A DNA stretch of 64,000 nt from a virus. This document shows, in pieces, positions 33,201 through 40,797 of this stretch. A program made the position numbers and the translations under genes. The notes below the pieces were generated by a model. The model was given only the letters and a program-made list of their open reading frames with translations, searched no databases and was not told the DNA's origin. The stretch lies in the IMG/VR virus record IMGVR_UViG_3300044630_005137, positions 32,001 to 96,000 of that record. One strand, 5' to 3'. Numbering within the stretch: the first letter of the stretch is position 1; each line of letters starts with the position of its first letter.

Positions 33201-35955
33201 CAGAAACCATAGTCTTGCCTGGGCCAAATGATTCAATGTCTCCACCAGTATTAAACTTAGGCATTCTTGTTGTCTGCATGCTATACGGAGCACCAAACGT
33301 TCTGATTCCACGCAGTCTACCAAACTCGGTCATTACAGCTGCGTTATTTTTTTTCTTATAAAGATCTCTTAATGTAAATTGACCATTTGCATCAACAACT
33401 GGTTGATCCATCATTGGGGCTCTTGTTAAATCAAGGCTTCTTCCACGTCCTGCAGCGTACATACTTACAGCAGCGCCCATGTCTGCTTCTATCTGTGCAT
33501 TTAAAGCAATAATTCTTGCCTTTGCTTGATCAACTGTTATTTCTGCACTTCTCATTTGCTGAACTATTAATCCAGACTGTGTAGCTGCACTATCTGCAAA
33601 TCTTTGAGTTATAGGAAGAATGTCATCAAATGTGTCAAGGAGTTCTCTACTGACTGTTCCGCCCATCATAATTGTTTTCTTTAATGCTGCAATTTCTTGC
33701 TCTGTTTGCATTCCAAGTGTTGCCATTAATGCATGGAACTTGGCTGCTTCTCCTGGAACAATTCCTGTAGATATTCCCTTTACGCTTGTTAGACCTTCAA
33801 TGTTAGGTAGTCTATCATGCATATACATTTGAGGAGTTCTTGATATTCCTCTATTTACTGGTATTGCTCCTGGTACCCCGCCAAATATTGTTGCTGGCTT
33901 ATTTGGGTCTCTAGGATTAATATGAGACATTGCTCTTGTGTTAGGATCTCCTACATAAGGATCGTTAGGGTCAACAACTCTTCTTCCATGAGCAGGAGCA
34001 ACAATTGTATTTCCAGCAACAGTAGAGACTCCTGCGTTTACTGGAACTGCACCCTTCATTGATGCTGCTTGAAGATTTTGATAATCTAAAACAAGTTTTT
34101 GAAGTGCATTGTGAAGAACTTGAGCCGCAGCTGCATCAGAATAAAATGCATTCTCGACTAGCTCTGCTGCTTTTTGTGCGGCAATAATTTCTGGAGTAAG
34201 CATCTTCCAGCCATTTGCTTTCATAAAGAATGCTCTTAGCTGGACAACACCCTTAGTTATATATCCAAAGAAGTTTGCGAGTAAACCAGTTAACATAATA
34301 AGTGGTCCAACTAATGCTGTAAATCCAGCAAGGAAGGTCAATCCTTTTTTAATTGGGTCTGGCAATTTAGTAAAGAAATCTAAGATTTTTGTTGCTGCGC
34401 TTATAAGCTTAGTTGCAACTCCAAGAAATTCCTGTCCTACATCTGCAAGCTCTGCTTTTAGTCCTTCTATGGCTCTCTTGTATTTACCAGATGCAGACTC
34501 TGTAACCATTTTTAATTCTCGGCTTGCTATATCTGCTAAATCTCCAGTACTTGCTTTCATCAATTCTAAAACTTGAAGCGTCTGGCTACCCTGTTTACCT
34601 AGATTATTAAGCAATGCGCTCATTCTTGCAAACTGGAACTTTCCAAACATTTGCTCCATTGCTCTTGCTTTACTTAGTGGGTCAAGGGAGTCTAAAGCTT
34701 TTTGCAGATCCATCAATAAACCAGTAGTGTCTCCAGTATTTTTTGCAACCATGCCCATAACATCTATGCCAAAATCTGACATCATCCCTACGGTTTGTTT
34801 TGTTGGGTTAATAAGAGATGCTAAACCAGACTTCAAAGCGTTGGCACCTTCTGAAGCGCTAACACCACCTTCACGCATTGCAGTTAGATATAGGGCTAAG
34901 TCTTTAACATCTCCACCTAGCTGCTGAATCACTGGACCAGCTTTTGGAATTGCTTCTACTAGGTCATTAAGAGTTGTTGATGTCTGGTTTTCAACTGCGT
35001 TTAGAAAGTTAATAGATTCTGTTAGCTCTTGAGTATTTTGCTTAAAAGCTGTTTGAATTGATAATGTTGCTTTCATTGCATCTTGTCTATCAACTTCACC
35101 CAGAATAGCAAGTCTTGTTGTTTCTGCAATTGATCCTAGAAGTTCGTTTCCAGTTTGTCCTGTTGCTGCAATATCAGCACCTAATGCAATAGTATCCTTA
35201 AATGATGCACCCATTGTTTTAGATAATGTTTTTGCAGTCTCAACAACTTCTTCTCTAATTGCTTTTAAATCTGAAGCAGATGTAGCTGCAAGACCACCGT
35301 AAACTTTTGTTAATCTTACAAGCTCTTGGTCTGCTTCTTTAAATGCTTTACCAGCTGCTGCTCCAAACATTGTGATTGGCACAGTAAGTCCTACAGTAAG
35401 CTGTCTACCAGCCCACTGAGTATTCTTACCCCAGTTAATTAAAGATCCTGCTCCCTCAGACAATGCACGATTCATAATCTGCATTTCCATTCGAGCTAGT
35501 TTTCCACTATTTGCTACAGCATCTAATCCTCTAGGAATCATTACGTTATACTGCATTAACCCCTGAGCATTTCTACCTAGTGGTTGCAGTACTGAATTTT
35601 GAAGCATTACCTGTTCTTTGGCAAGCTCCCTGATCATACCCTTTTGAGTAGTAGTATGCTCTCTAAATGTAGAAAAATAATTTTTAAGCTTTAATCTACC
35701 AGCATCTAAGTTCTTACCGAACTTGTCTACATCAGAATTAAGGTTTACAAAGTGACTGGAGAACTGTCCGCTTCCAGTTAATGTATCTCTAAATAAATTG
35801 TTTGCTAATTTTGTTGAAGAAGAAATTGCTTTGTTTGATGCAAGAAGCTCTCTTTGTAATTGTTGGAGACTAGAACTAGCCCTGTGTACTTCAGACACAA
35901 GGCTAGACAAGTCGGCTTTGGCGACTATACTGGTTACAATTTGTTCGTCAGCCAC
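24283..35955 (-). CDS. Tape measure protein, 3890 aa, with CHAP, LysM, kinase-like and other cargo domains
   Basis: TP901-type core (GRQLTVGLTVPI...LAMREGG..ASEGANALKSGL), hydrophobic segments, GPGTATSDSIPAMLSHGEYVI and MLHKNEAVIP motifs; follows the tail chaperones. Confidence 0.93.
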   Translation of the reverse strand: MADEQIVTSIVAKADLSSLVSEVHRASSSLQQLQRELLASNKAISSSTKLANNLFRDTLTGSGQFSSHFVNLNSDVDKFGKNLDAGRLKLKNYFSTFREHTTTQKGMIRELAKEQVMLQNSVLQPLGRNAQGLMQYNVMIPRGLDAVANSGKLARMEMQIMNRALSEGAGSLINWGKNTQWAGRQLTVGLTVPITMFGAAAGKAFKEADQELVRLTKVYGGLAATSASDLKAIREEVVETAKTLSKTMGASFKDTIALGADIAATGQTGNELLGSIAETTRLAILGEVDRQDAMKATLSIQTAFKQNTQELTESINFLNAVENQTSTTLNDLVEAIPKAGPVIQQLGGDVKDLALYLTAMREGGVSASEGANALKSGLASLINPTKQTVGMMSDFGIDVMGMVAKNTGDTTGLLMDLQKALDSLDPLSKARAMEQMFGKFQFARMSALLNNLGKQGSQTLQVLELMKASTGDLADIASRELKMVTESASGKYKRAIEGLKAELADVGQEFLGVATKLISAATKILDFFTKLPDPIKKGLTFLAGFTALVGPLIMLTGLLANFFGYITKGVVQLRAFFMKANGWKMLTPEIIAAQKAAELVENAFYSDAAAAQVLHNALQKLVLDYQNLQAASMKGAVPVNAGVSTVAGNTIVAPAHGRRVVDPNDPYVGDPNTRAMSHINPRDPNKPATIFGGVPGAIPVNRGISRTPQMYMHDRLPNIEGLTSVKGISTGIVPGEAAKFHALMATLGMQTEQEIAALKKTIMMGGTVSRELLDTFDDILPITQRFADSAATQSGLIVQQMRSAEITVDQAKARIIALNAQIEADMGAAVSMYAAGRGRSLDLTRAPMMDQPVVDANGQFTLRDLYKKKNNAAVMTEFGRLRGIRTFGAPYSMQTTRMPKFNTGGDIESFGPGKTMVSGPSSINYDDRLGSVPVGGYVLNQSASMDPANAPLVAMASATYENGGEITAALTPREVVFGPKIQRMPELYAAVDAANSGYNFGGQIMNGVTGYGKKTGKTPQVENKAYYKRRLREYLRFINNPRYADDIRVRMIMLDAAELAGKAKMPIDKAINIATSNFDKAIGKSGGSIEKFIDIRIKQVQGLEGAKDANGNLKFPGLKLNDPTNTRSTGGSTALNYELNNVRSAMLKNRKFKDVFDLIEGVTPTDLKNSKGMPYIEGLHARGHITRHGNVGYATSGHMGVAAVIPNGINSIMARLQDIGISPDILHLSGEDARKNFQIALKSVGMHKMTTVDDIATALEENNLFKTKEQIASGSVVRATPKQRNDLQMFLEAVMERKRWMLIPRGRPPIMTPVLAKLNMGGMIPGGSVSPGRFSYGVVPPLSARLESIRLAQQAQYAKKREADMIKYPWIKEAVAGRDRGTSISPLLKLLPPGKQLDILEQSREMSRATATGSFKDLPPVKYGHMVSPSSGMSYPIPGVSGLYRDSEGRLKFFKGVPNEISAKAEVYGTRMAREVFGLDAPEQTIKTISNPLDPSGKSKLLGVESPFDKRFTTGGTVFTEDEMIRQTIASLVMNNKDLSPSNVYGNVLADVGAAGVFPKASRNTAHAESLPSMIDQAMINLLGVKGGARKDFAVNTAPIAAGMTSKQYNRKIKAAMKKMHPKLIKFVATLPREDRAPYIKLLQRFENGMDDATDFGPLHAVHVAAKRNSGGPIGGGPVRSGRYAYGAKNKKGSQRSGNPAKRAEDDRLRAARTASYNPPSGSGYTSSGNPQMQVIRVPYVGGSGVAGNAFGSVATGQSQQIIDTLKLSQIGQLPAGVTRAFDSLTKSIKVGTVGLRYGIATSATHINSAYRDFAKSQVASARLNASFLSNWVKTNTRDIKDGILRHQARSYSAAYPGANYLMGPGQIMPISMSGPGMVGDWKETGQDGTKSRKVGTLGYRKREYMDADGYIHDKKSAQAAGLDTKIRGGMGMGAQMGIGMAGNMGGMYMMQQEKVNMLGMEMSGMNAGLGIMAASTIIPMVPWLTVGNKIKTTTSATMAAIKAAKGFKDAISKLGAQLGKYIKILKGVGVVISVLLIGFDVWKKYNNAQQDAAMSLGITKDGAEQAGISYFNLNNYLTEYIEKQKLANAAAQGGRSSSIGMPGIPQSVEDMKKAKEEGAALKDLIESINRTSSTGELQTLINNQKAQFIAGGLSVEQANRMIYGAIANSEKATKSYELLANSGFGAITDKATAAEFAVKNLLETLKPEPKTGWSKGSFEYNLAKQPMWFTKQWKEENNLFERGVDLTFIGLIDRYANAFADTNAYKKGVISGLESVISTFDSSTKALIGTKNATGEVIDEYEAYQISLANLEKDVPNFNAAIGEETFKVIQDMSPELAKITNKFDSIKSILAKIKLSTSGIGLDLKYLDGELAIKLAGFTAAVGEGIDGLTKAAGDGSTYGSVGKILNKLQKSIAATSAASQKAAAATQKNIQEELKLIAKKISLIEDEKNKKLESLRATQDASNYALELQKLQIEYADAISRGDQAGAARARIEIDQLTSNRQFDLTQKAIEDEAARLKAIEQKKIDAKQAKADAAAQKFEGAQDGAASATKIADLIKGFKDTYDEITTLRITNNLLPDSKAKRDSEVQLLGRLDNLLKQIGVAGTGNSQTAKDIRSAFAEYFNKDGTVKKVYVESKPAGLPDAGTAGIVPRVSVNKDTLSIFDRDVAAVTKFADQITGGKGYSIKKMTEEIVAAIRGGGTYKDPINAGTAKDAVGKKYIDWNTPLFNDRSAVKYFAAKKGYKPGQQFTLEEANGVKKQFLVLNDGSIQYQRDISPTYASGGKVRGPGTATSDSIPAMLSHGEYVIKASSVAKYGVKAMDDINAGRFANGGQVQKFSTGGQALLKEIGKDPTLKDVKSPLGTAKRFIDTAISQLGTEEEVMGKTYGAEGNNITKYSRWLNSIKDLGAKAFAWCGTFVQWAAHMSGVKIPDTFYTADGAKSFAGLGQLVDVATTIPTKIDDRSASDDVGESPRASDFNVGVNYDTGKYYGNPKDIERYEKAADEYYKKYHAYQAKREKSKQDKAKAGWARILKNPPKPGDIMYLNWAQQSSDSDTNRIRHAAIATEVKREKSYSGVEQFSISTVDGNIRDRVSQSGYYLTKESVGDNALVAYARPNFMPSPLTAIEDAISAAVNQRTTHVVEKDQTLSQIAKSLNIDSKVLAELNPDYLLGNTVYKGSRINIPKKFAGGGMVQAFGEGGGPGIPSWPKKRKKFKSPGMGIDKYTPPLIGSGASAWSGGLLGGGGGFTVGMHDGGYVHPHPHDALTNTLIQAPRKGTTAYAKYAYEMARNYGGAAKTAAKLTKPIKVSDGPAYSWLGSDGTIGYSRHDKYKYVDAGMGSASEVASQILNDLSKTAMRAKIIEMNAKRFHKGGPVGHKHKYGEPTSKKQNWLQRYVSGLTESQDEAQAILSRSPLTSWMASDPLGAVAALRKATGQSREGDNLSASLLPFNFMGFGLGARVGMGATGVANSARLANATTGAGGPAVSSMKSSKASKTIIRNLQKKAMEYAEARGASIPEMVLSGDRALTDAPTTFFSPPGTDLSRAYNYYWGEAWEILNKNGDPAIKDVSKEYFMTMLGLMGKGQISRAETAETVTTEFSKAANKAYAAAHGLDPNQPLAMYKATEAHSKLGGYWSLSSKMAAHYASDAHLNLTGDKAGNWMGGSNAGLYKIDVLPEQVPTPLSIGGMYDEFTSTLPPELVELLGGGQRIAVGGKKFTVRGDKRGTPGPQRANTADEFYSVVRGAALPQGIYPHDLSRLMKTDLHSRNLPFMDAINNTFKKLLEFGSIRPKFANGGMVNSLSNLGVPMFENGINMVPANMLAMLHKNEAVIPANMNPFNPNASAAVSGSVYNISVELNGTNVTAQDVATQIHKEMRLKEMAAGVNRRVGNG
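26400..27400 (-). other. CHAP amidase + LysM module inside the tape measure protein
   Basis: A.SQLG..E...NN.TKY...AWCGTFVQW (Cys at about 27212), PKPGDI...RHAAI (His at about 26774), TVDGN; then HVVEKDQTLSQIAKSLNIDSKVLAELNP (LysM). Confidence 0.8.
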
Positions 35956-36332
35956 TAATTACTCCTAGAATATCCTAACCCTGCTCCAATTCCAAATCCA
36001 GCTTGCGCCGCTAAGGGCCCTTGTAAACCAACAACATCATCTGGTGATGCATTTATTCCAAGTGCTCTTCTTTGGATATCTTCAAAGGTAGAACCTTTTT
36101 TTTCTTCTTCTACATCATCATCTAATTGTATCCCTTTTAGTGATGCTGCAAACTTTCTTTGGTTGTGCTCTCTTTCATTTATCGCTGTAATTGTTTGAAT
36201 CAATTCTGGCAGTGATAAAGTTTCTTCTAGTTCTTCGTAATTCTTCCAGTGACCCAGAAGAAAAACTTGACCCTCTAAAGCGGCTAAATCTAGTTCTGGC
36301 CAGCCAGTACCGCTGCCGCTATCAGGTTTGGG
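35955..36332 (-). CDS. Tail assembly chaperone, -1 frameshift extension (gpGT-like part)
   Basis: The -1 frame is open from the slippery site: PDSGSGTGWPELDLAALEGQVFLLGHWKNYEELEETLSLPELIQTITAINE...; it includes the 82-aa track ORF. Confidence 0.8.
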   Translation of the reverse strand, partial: PKPDSGSGTGWPELDLAALEGQVFLLGHWKNYEELEETLSLPELIQTITAINEREHNQRKFAASLKGIQLDDDVEEEKKGSTFEDIQRRALGINASPDDVVGLQGPLAAQAGFGIGAGLGYSRSN

Positions 36333-36622
36333 TCGTCCATCTTAATTCCTCCGCAAACTTCAAGGATGCGGTTAATTGTTGGAACATCTAATGCTTCTTC
36401 AAGCTTCTCTATGTCTTTAACAAGATCAGGTAGTTGAACTTCCAATGCTACTCCGCATGCTTCAACTAAAATTCCAAGTGTTGCAGCTTCGTCTTCTGCG
36501 TCTTGTACTTTCTTAATTACTTCCATAAACTTTCTTAGTTGTTTGATTGAGAGAGGCTTAAGCTTTACATTAGCTCCGCTTTGTAGCTGAATCTCTTCTA
36601 CATCATATACTGTTGTTGCCAT
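36290..36622 (-). CDS. Tail assembly chaperone (gpG-like)
   Basis: Lies between tail tube and tape measure; RBS AAGGAGG; C CCA AAC slippery heptamer near the 3' end. Confidence 0.85.
   Translation of the reverse strand: MATTVYDVEEIQLQSGANVKLKPLSIKQLRKFMEVIKKVQDAEDEAATLGILVEACGVALEVQLPDLVKDIEKLEEALDVPTINRILEVCGGIKMDDPNLIAAAVLAGQN
36326..36332 (-). promoter_or_regulatory. Programmed -1 frameshift slippery site C CCA AAC
   Basis: X XXY YYZ heptamer in the correct frame (GAC CCA AAC). Confidence 0.8.
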
Positions 36623-36650
36623 TTTATCCTCCTTAAGGATTGTCTAAATT

Positions 36651-36659
36651 ATTATAGCA
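36651..36659 (-). promoter_or_regulatory. Extended -10 promoter TGCTATAAT
   Basis: Motif copy just downstream of the tail-tube terminator. Confidence 0.65.
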
Positions 36660-36682
36660 TAACCATTATACGGATACAACAG

Positions 36683-36710
36683 CAAAGCCCCCAATTTCTT
36701 GGGGGCTTTG
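36683..36710 (-). terminator. Intrinsic terminator-like hairpin after the tail tube gene
   Basis: CAAAGCCCCCAA-4 nt loop-TTGGGGGCTTTG, a perfect 12-bp stem. Confidence 0.75.
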
Positions 36711-36729
36711 ATATTAATTATTAATATAA

Positions 36730-37491
36730 TTAAATTGCTAGAACGCGGTCAATAATCTTACCGTACTCTGAACCAATATGGTCTGAATTACCAGATGGTA
36801 GAAGACGGAATGTTACTGGGAATGTTGTTGCTGCTGTACGAGCCAAAGAGAACTGTGACTGTTCTACAGACAAAACACGACGTGCATAGTATACACGCTC
36901 AGTTGATACTGCTTCTGATGTTGGAGCCTGTCCAATTGCAATTAGCTGACGCTCTGTTGGAGCTGCACCTAGTGCACCTGCTTCCAAACCTAGTGTGTCA
37001 ACTGCTGTTAGATCAGAGCCTGTTGATGTAAGTGTTGATCCCTTTTGACCAAATACTGCAAGAACGTTCTCTAGAGTACCTTCTGCCATTTCTGTTGAGA
37101 TCTGAACCATCATTGCAGACTTAAACAGCTTAGCTGTATCTAGCAACTGATCAACAGTTACTGAGTCAAATGTTGGCTGGTAGCTGATCTGAAGACCATT
37201 ATTTGTGTAACCTACGTTGCGGTAAGCTCCACCAATTGCTGGTGTTGATTCTGTAGGTGTTGCTGTTTGAGTAGCACCTGTTGTTGTTAAAACTTTGTTT
37301 AGTGTTGTAGTATAAGACTCTCCTTGTAAGAATGCTGGTACAAAACGATTCTTTGATGCAACGAAAGCGTTTGCGACGCCTGCATCCATGCTTGAATCAT
37401 AACCTCCTACTGTTGAATCTTCTACTGACAAAAATAGTGGTGATGCGCCAACAAGAATATTCTTAGCGTCACCTGTATTTTGATATGCCAT
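36730..37491 (-). CDS. Major tail (tube) protein
   Basis: NILVGA.PLF...VGYTNNGLQISYQP...VDQLLD...STEMAEGTLEN; start at ATG 37491 after AGGAGG; followed by a terminator and the chaperones. Confidence 0.85.
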   Translation of the reverse strand: MAYQNTGDAKNILVGASPLFLSVEDSTVGGYDSSMDAGVANAFVASKNRFVPAFLQGESYTTTLNKVLTTTGATQTATPTESTPAIGGAYRNVGYTNNGLQISYQPTFDSVTVDQLLDTAKLFKSAMMVQISTEMAEGTLENVLAVFGQKGSTLTSTGSDLTAVDTLGLEAGALGAAPTERQLIAIGQAPTSEAVSTERVYYARRVLSVEQSQFSLARTAATTFPVTFRLLPSGNSDHIGSEYGKIIDRVLAI

Positions 37492-37594
37492 AATTGTATT
37501 TCCTCCTGATTTCATATGAAATTGATATATCTATTTGGCTGGCTAGGCCCTTTCCTCTGTTCTAATTTTACTCTACTACATTATAAAAGGCAAA

Positions 37595-38104
37595 TCAGGA
37601 AAATCTGCCTTTACCATCTGTTATTCTAGAGTATTTTACCTCTAATATTACATCTGCTCCATAGAATCCTTGTATCTCTTCTGATGGGGCTGTAGATGAT
37701 ATGTCTGCTATATGGATGCTATGAAACTTAAATTTATTAGATAGCCCCGCCCATTTATTAACATCCCTTGCAGACTCATCCATTCTTCTAAACTCATCAG
37801 TTAGGAAGTTTCTTATTTCAACAATATCAAGCAGATCTGGTGAATATAGGGTCAATAGGATTTGTTCGCAACATATCATCCAGTTATTCTCATAAGACGT
37901 TCCTATCTTATCATAGACTATGTGCTTCTTCCCGCTCAAAAATTGATTCATTTCTGGCTGTTGCTGTACTGGAACAATTGGAACAAGGGTTTCATTAAGG
38001 TTGTCGGAGTAGTAGTCATCTGCATCAAATATGCTGACGGCTGTAAGTCTACTCCATAAGAATTTTCTTATTTCAAACATAGCATCTAATTTGTAATTAG
38101 CCAT
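37595..38104 (-). CDS. Tail terminator/completion protein (putative)
   Basis: Position immediately before the tail tube, and size. Confidence 0.55.
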   Translation of the reverse strand: MANYKLDAMFEIRKFLWSRLTAVSIFDADDYYSDNLNETLVPIVPVQQQPEMNQFLSGKKHIVYDKIGTSYENNWMICCEQILLTLYSPDLLDIVEIRNFLTDEFRRMDESARDVNKWAGLSNKFKFHSIHIADISSTAPSEEIQGFYGADVILEVKYSRITDGKGRFS

Positions 38105-38888
38105 TTGCTAACCTCGCAAATGCTGCTGATGTTGCGGCGTCGGCTTCATTTGCTAACTGATTTGCAGAGAAGCTGTACTTAACCGTCTTAACTTGTGCTG
38201 GAACTCCTAGAGCTCTAGATAATGATGAATTAAAAAGTCTTTGGAATCCCGATTTTTTTATAGACATATTAACTAGCTGACCAGTAAAGAAATATCTGTA
38301 AGCAGAAAAGAAAGAATTTTTAACTCCTGCCCCGCCTGGCTTTCTGACAGTAACAGATTCTCCCTTTGGCATAAAAACTGTATATCCATCTACATCAAAC
38401 ACTAGTCTTTCTGAGAACCTAGGTGCAATAACTACAGTCTTTCCATCTTCCATAACGGAGGCTTTTTTTACAAATACGTGTTTGTTATTAGAATTTTCAG
38501 ATGGTACAAATGACTTAGAATCAATTAGTTCATAGTTAACCTTTAAAGATAGGCCATCGGCTGGAAGCTTTTTTAGTTTAAATAGTCTAGCTTCATCTTC
38601 TCCAATTCTACCCCATTCATAAACATGATGAAAAGACTTTGGAGATGTTCTTGATTTTGCATCTACATAATCTCCAAAATCAACTTGAAGCTGATCAAAT
38701 ATTACATTTCTAAATGCAGATTGAAATTGTGCATTTGATGCTAATTTTGCCATGACATTTGTTTTGTAAAACAGTGCAGCAGATATCTGTGCAACTGTAC
38801 TGTCTTTTATTGCACCACTGGCTGGCCTATTAGACATTAAGTTAACTAATCCGCTTGCTGCTCTAATTGCTAAAATTTCAGATGCCAA
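38097..38888 (-). CDS. Neck/tail-completion protein (putative)
   Basis: Position in the head-tail block; likely TTG start at 38888 after GGAG. Confidence 0.5.
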   Translation of the reverse strand: MASEILAIRAASGLVNLMSNRPASGAIKDSTVAQISAALFYKTNVMAKLASNAQFQSAFRNVIFDQLQVDFGDYVDAKSRTSPKSFHHVYEWGRIGEDEARLFKLKKLPADGLSLKVNYELIDSKSFVPSENSNNKHVFVKKASVMEDGKTVVIAPRFSERLVFDVDGYTVFMPKGESVTVRKPGGAGVKNSFFSAYRYFFTGQLVNMSIKKSGFQRLFNSSLSRALGVPAQVKTVKYSFSANQLANEADAATSAAFARLANG

Positions 38889-39303
38889 TTTGCTGATTCT
38901 CCGCTCTTTGTAGTGATGAGTTATATCCAACTACATTTCCAAATGGTTCTGCTATTGGAGTTGTTCCTACAACATCAAAGACTGTGTCTGTATCATTTGG
39001 GTAATTTAGCTCATACCAAATCGGTTTGCCATTTACATCAACAATATTCTTAACTTTATCTCTAGCAGTTAGTCTTTCAGATGTTCTAACTTCTATATAC
39101 TGGTTGTTTGAATATTTATTTGAAAACTTTTGGCTATCATTTGACCTATTTCGGCTTTCTGTAATTACTCCTCTAGCGTAGCAATCTATTGTTTTAATAT
39201 AAGAAAACTCTCTAATCATTGCACCAGTGTTTGGGTCTTGCCGTTCAGATTGACGATAGACATCCATTTTCATGGTCATTAAACCATCAACTATTTCAAA
39301 CAT
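38878..39303 (-). CDS. Head closure (stopper) protein
   Basis: MDVYRQ...QDPNTGA..REF...IDCYARG pattern; follows the adaptor. Confidence 0.6.
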   Translation of the reverse strand: MFEIVDGLMTMKMDVYRQSERQDPNTGAMIREFSYIKTIDCYARGVITESRNRSNDSQKFSNKYSNNQYIEVRTSERLTARDKVKNIVDVNGKPIWYELNYPNDTDTVFDVVGTTPIAEPFGNVVGYNSSLQRAENQQIGI

Positions 39304-40286
39304 TACACCAATACCATTTGTGTTATAACATAATCTGCTAGAAGTTTATCTGCGTAAGAAGATCCAGTTCCACCAAAGGCCTCTGAAGAATATTCAAAAT
39401 CCCAGTCTGTTGTAGATATCTTTTTAACATATCTTTCTCTCCATATACGATCTTTTGCAAAATACATCTTCATTAGTTCAACTGCTGCATCTCTAATTTC
39501 ATTTGGAATATAATCCCAACCAAATCTAGCATAAACCTTATAAGACTTTGATCTTCTAAAAATATTTGGAGATGAATCATTAATAGAGGGAGGAACCATT
39601 CCATTTGCAATATATACATCATCATTGATGCCAGCAAAATGATTGGCTCTTATTCCAAATCCACTTACTGTATTTTCAACAGTTATGCCTAAGTTATTAA
39701 TACCATTGATATTGTCTATAAGCAATTCATCATTGGCATATAGAGTATGTAGCCTATTTATTTTTTTAGGCATTGAAAGTGTATCTGAATCACTTCCTAT
39801 TGTAAAGAAGCTATCATCATGCAAATAAAACTTTTGTCCTGTGTGCCCTTCAATTATATTTCTAGCATATCTTTCAGCTAGCTTTAATTCCTGGAATGTT
39901 TTATGATTTGGATCATTTGCATCTGAACCAAGACCCATCTCTTGAGCTGCCTCTTGAATATCAACGTATGGAGTAACAATATCTAGGTAGGTTGTAGTTG
40001 AGTATGCAACTGAGTTGAACTGCCAATCCCATACTAACTTAAACTTTCTATTTCTTGTTGCATTCTGGACTGGCAGATAAACACTAAACGATCCTTGATC
40101 AACTTCGCTTGCTTCTGCTGTTACAGTTGCAATAATTGATGAAGGATTAATCTGTGGAGAAACAAGCGGATCGCCAGTTATGTCATAAAATTTTACAACT
40201 ACTGATGATGTTGGCGTTATAGCTTCACCTTTTACGTAAAGTTTTGTTGTTGCTGCCGTGCTTGTGTTTATGTATATCTCTGCCAT
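39303..40286 (-). CDS. Head-to-tail adaptor with N-terminal Ig-like domain
   Basis: PYVD...AR.IIEG.TGQKF...V.ARFGW..IP.EIR.AA..L...AD.LL..Y adaptor pattern. Confidence 0.7.
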   Translation of the reverse strand: MAEIYINTSTAATTKLYVKGEAITPTSSVVVKFYDITGDPLVSPQINPSSIIATVTAEASEVDQGSFSVYLPVQNATRNRKFKLVWDWQFNSVAYSTTTYLDIVTPYVDIQEAAQEMGLGSDANDPNHKTFQELKLAERYARNIIEGHTGQKFYLHDDSFFTIGSDSDTLSMPKKINRLHTLYANDELLIDNINGINNLGITVENTVSGFGIRANHFAGINDDVYIANGMVPPSINDSSPNIFRRSKSYKVYARFGWDYIPNEIRDAAVELMKMYFAKDRIWRERYVKKISTTDWDFEYSSEAFGGTGSSYADKLLADYVITQMVLV

Positions 40287-40295
40287 GTGTTAGGC

Positions 40296-40694
40296 TTAGT
40301 TGTAGTACTCCTGTACTTCTCTAGGTGTAGCCAATCTAAACCCTTCCTCCTTATCAAAAATTTCTTGAGCCAAATCTGGCTTCATTGCTACAAATGGGTG
40401 CTCAATCGTAAATGTAAATCCAAGTGCATCATATCTGTAGTTTGGTCGATCCATCTTTACAAGAACCATATCTTCATCAAGCTTTTGATTTGGATCTAGT
40501 CTAGGAAGAATTTCATCTGCATCTTCTTTTGCGTTCTCTATGTTTTTAAGTGTGCCTTGGTATACTGACCAAGTTACTCCTTCTTCTGTTAGGGCTGCAA
40601 TAACATCTGCTTTATTTTTTAGGCCATCAACATCAACTGCGAAGTCCGCTGCTAATGTCTTTAGTTCCTTGACCTTAAGTGTGTCAAATGACAT
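40296..40694 (-). CDS. Protein with Rho-N/HeH-like domain after the capsid gene
   Basis: LKVKELKTLAADFAVDVDGLKNKADVIAAL; start at ATG 40694 after AAGGAG. Confidence 0.6.
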   Translation of the reverse strand: MSFDTLKVKELKTLAADFAVDVDGLKNKADVIAALTEEGVTWSVYQGTLKNIENAKEDADEILPRLDPNQKLDEDMVLVKMDRPNYRYDALGFTFTIEHPFVAMKPDLAQEIFDKEEGFRLATPREVQEYYN

Positions 40695-40721
40695 ATATAT
40701 ACTCCTTTGGTATGTATACAA

Positions 40722-40730
40722 ATTATAGCA
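40722..40730 (-). promoter_or_regulatory. Extended -10 promoter TGCTATAAT
   Basis: Motif copy just downstream of the capsid terminator. Confidence 0.65.
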
Positions 40731-40745
40731 CTATAAAATTAAAAT

Positions 40746-40777
40746 GAAAAGCCCCCAAAATTAATTGGGGGCCTTTC
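40746..40777 (-). terminator. Intrinsic terminator after the major capsid gene
   Basis: Minus strand GAAAGGCCCCCAA-loop-TTGGGGGCTTTTC followed by ATTTT. Confidence 0.8.
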
Positions 40778-40797
40778 GGTAGTTATTTCTTATTTAA

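Noticed and set aside
37516-37594. Possible structured RNA or tRNA in the tail-tube leader (also 63560-63620)
   Set aside because: No cloverleaf or convincing stable fold was visible by eye. A covariance search would be needed.
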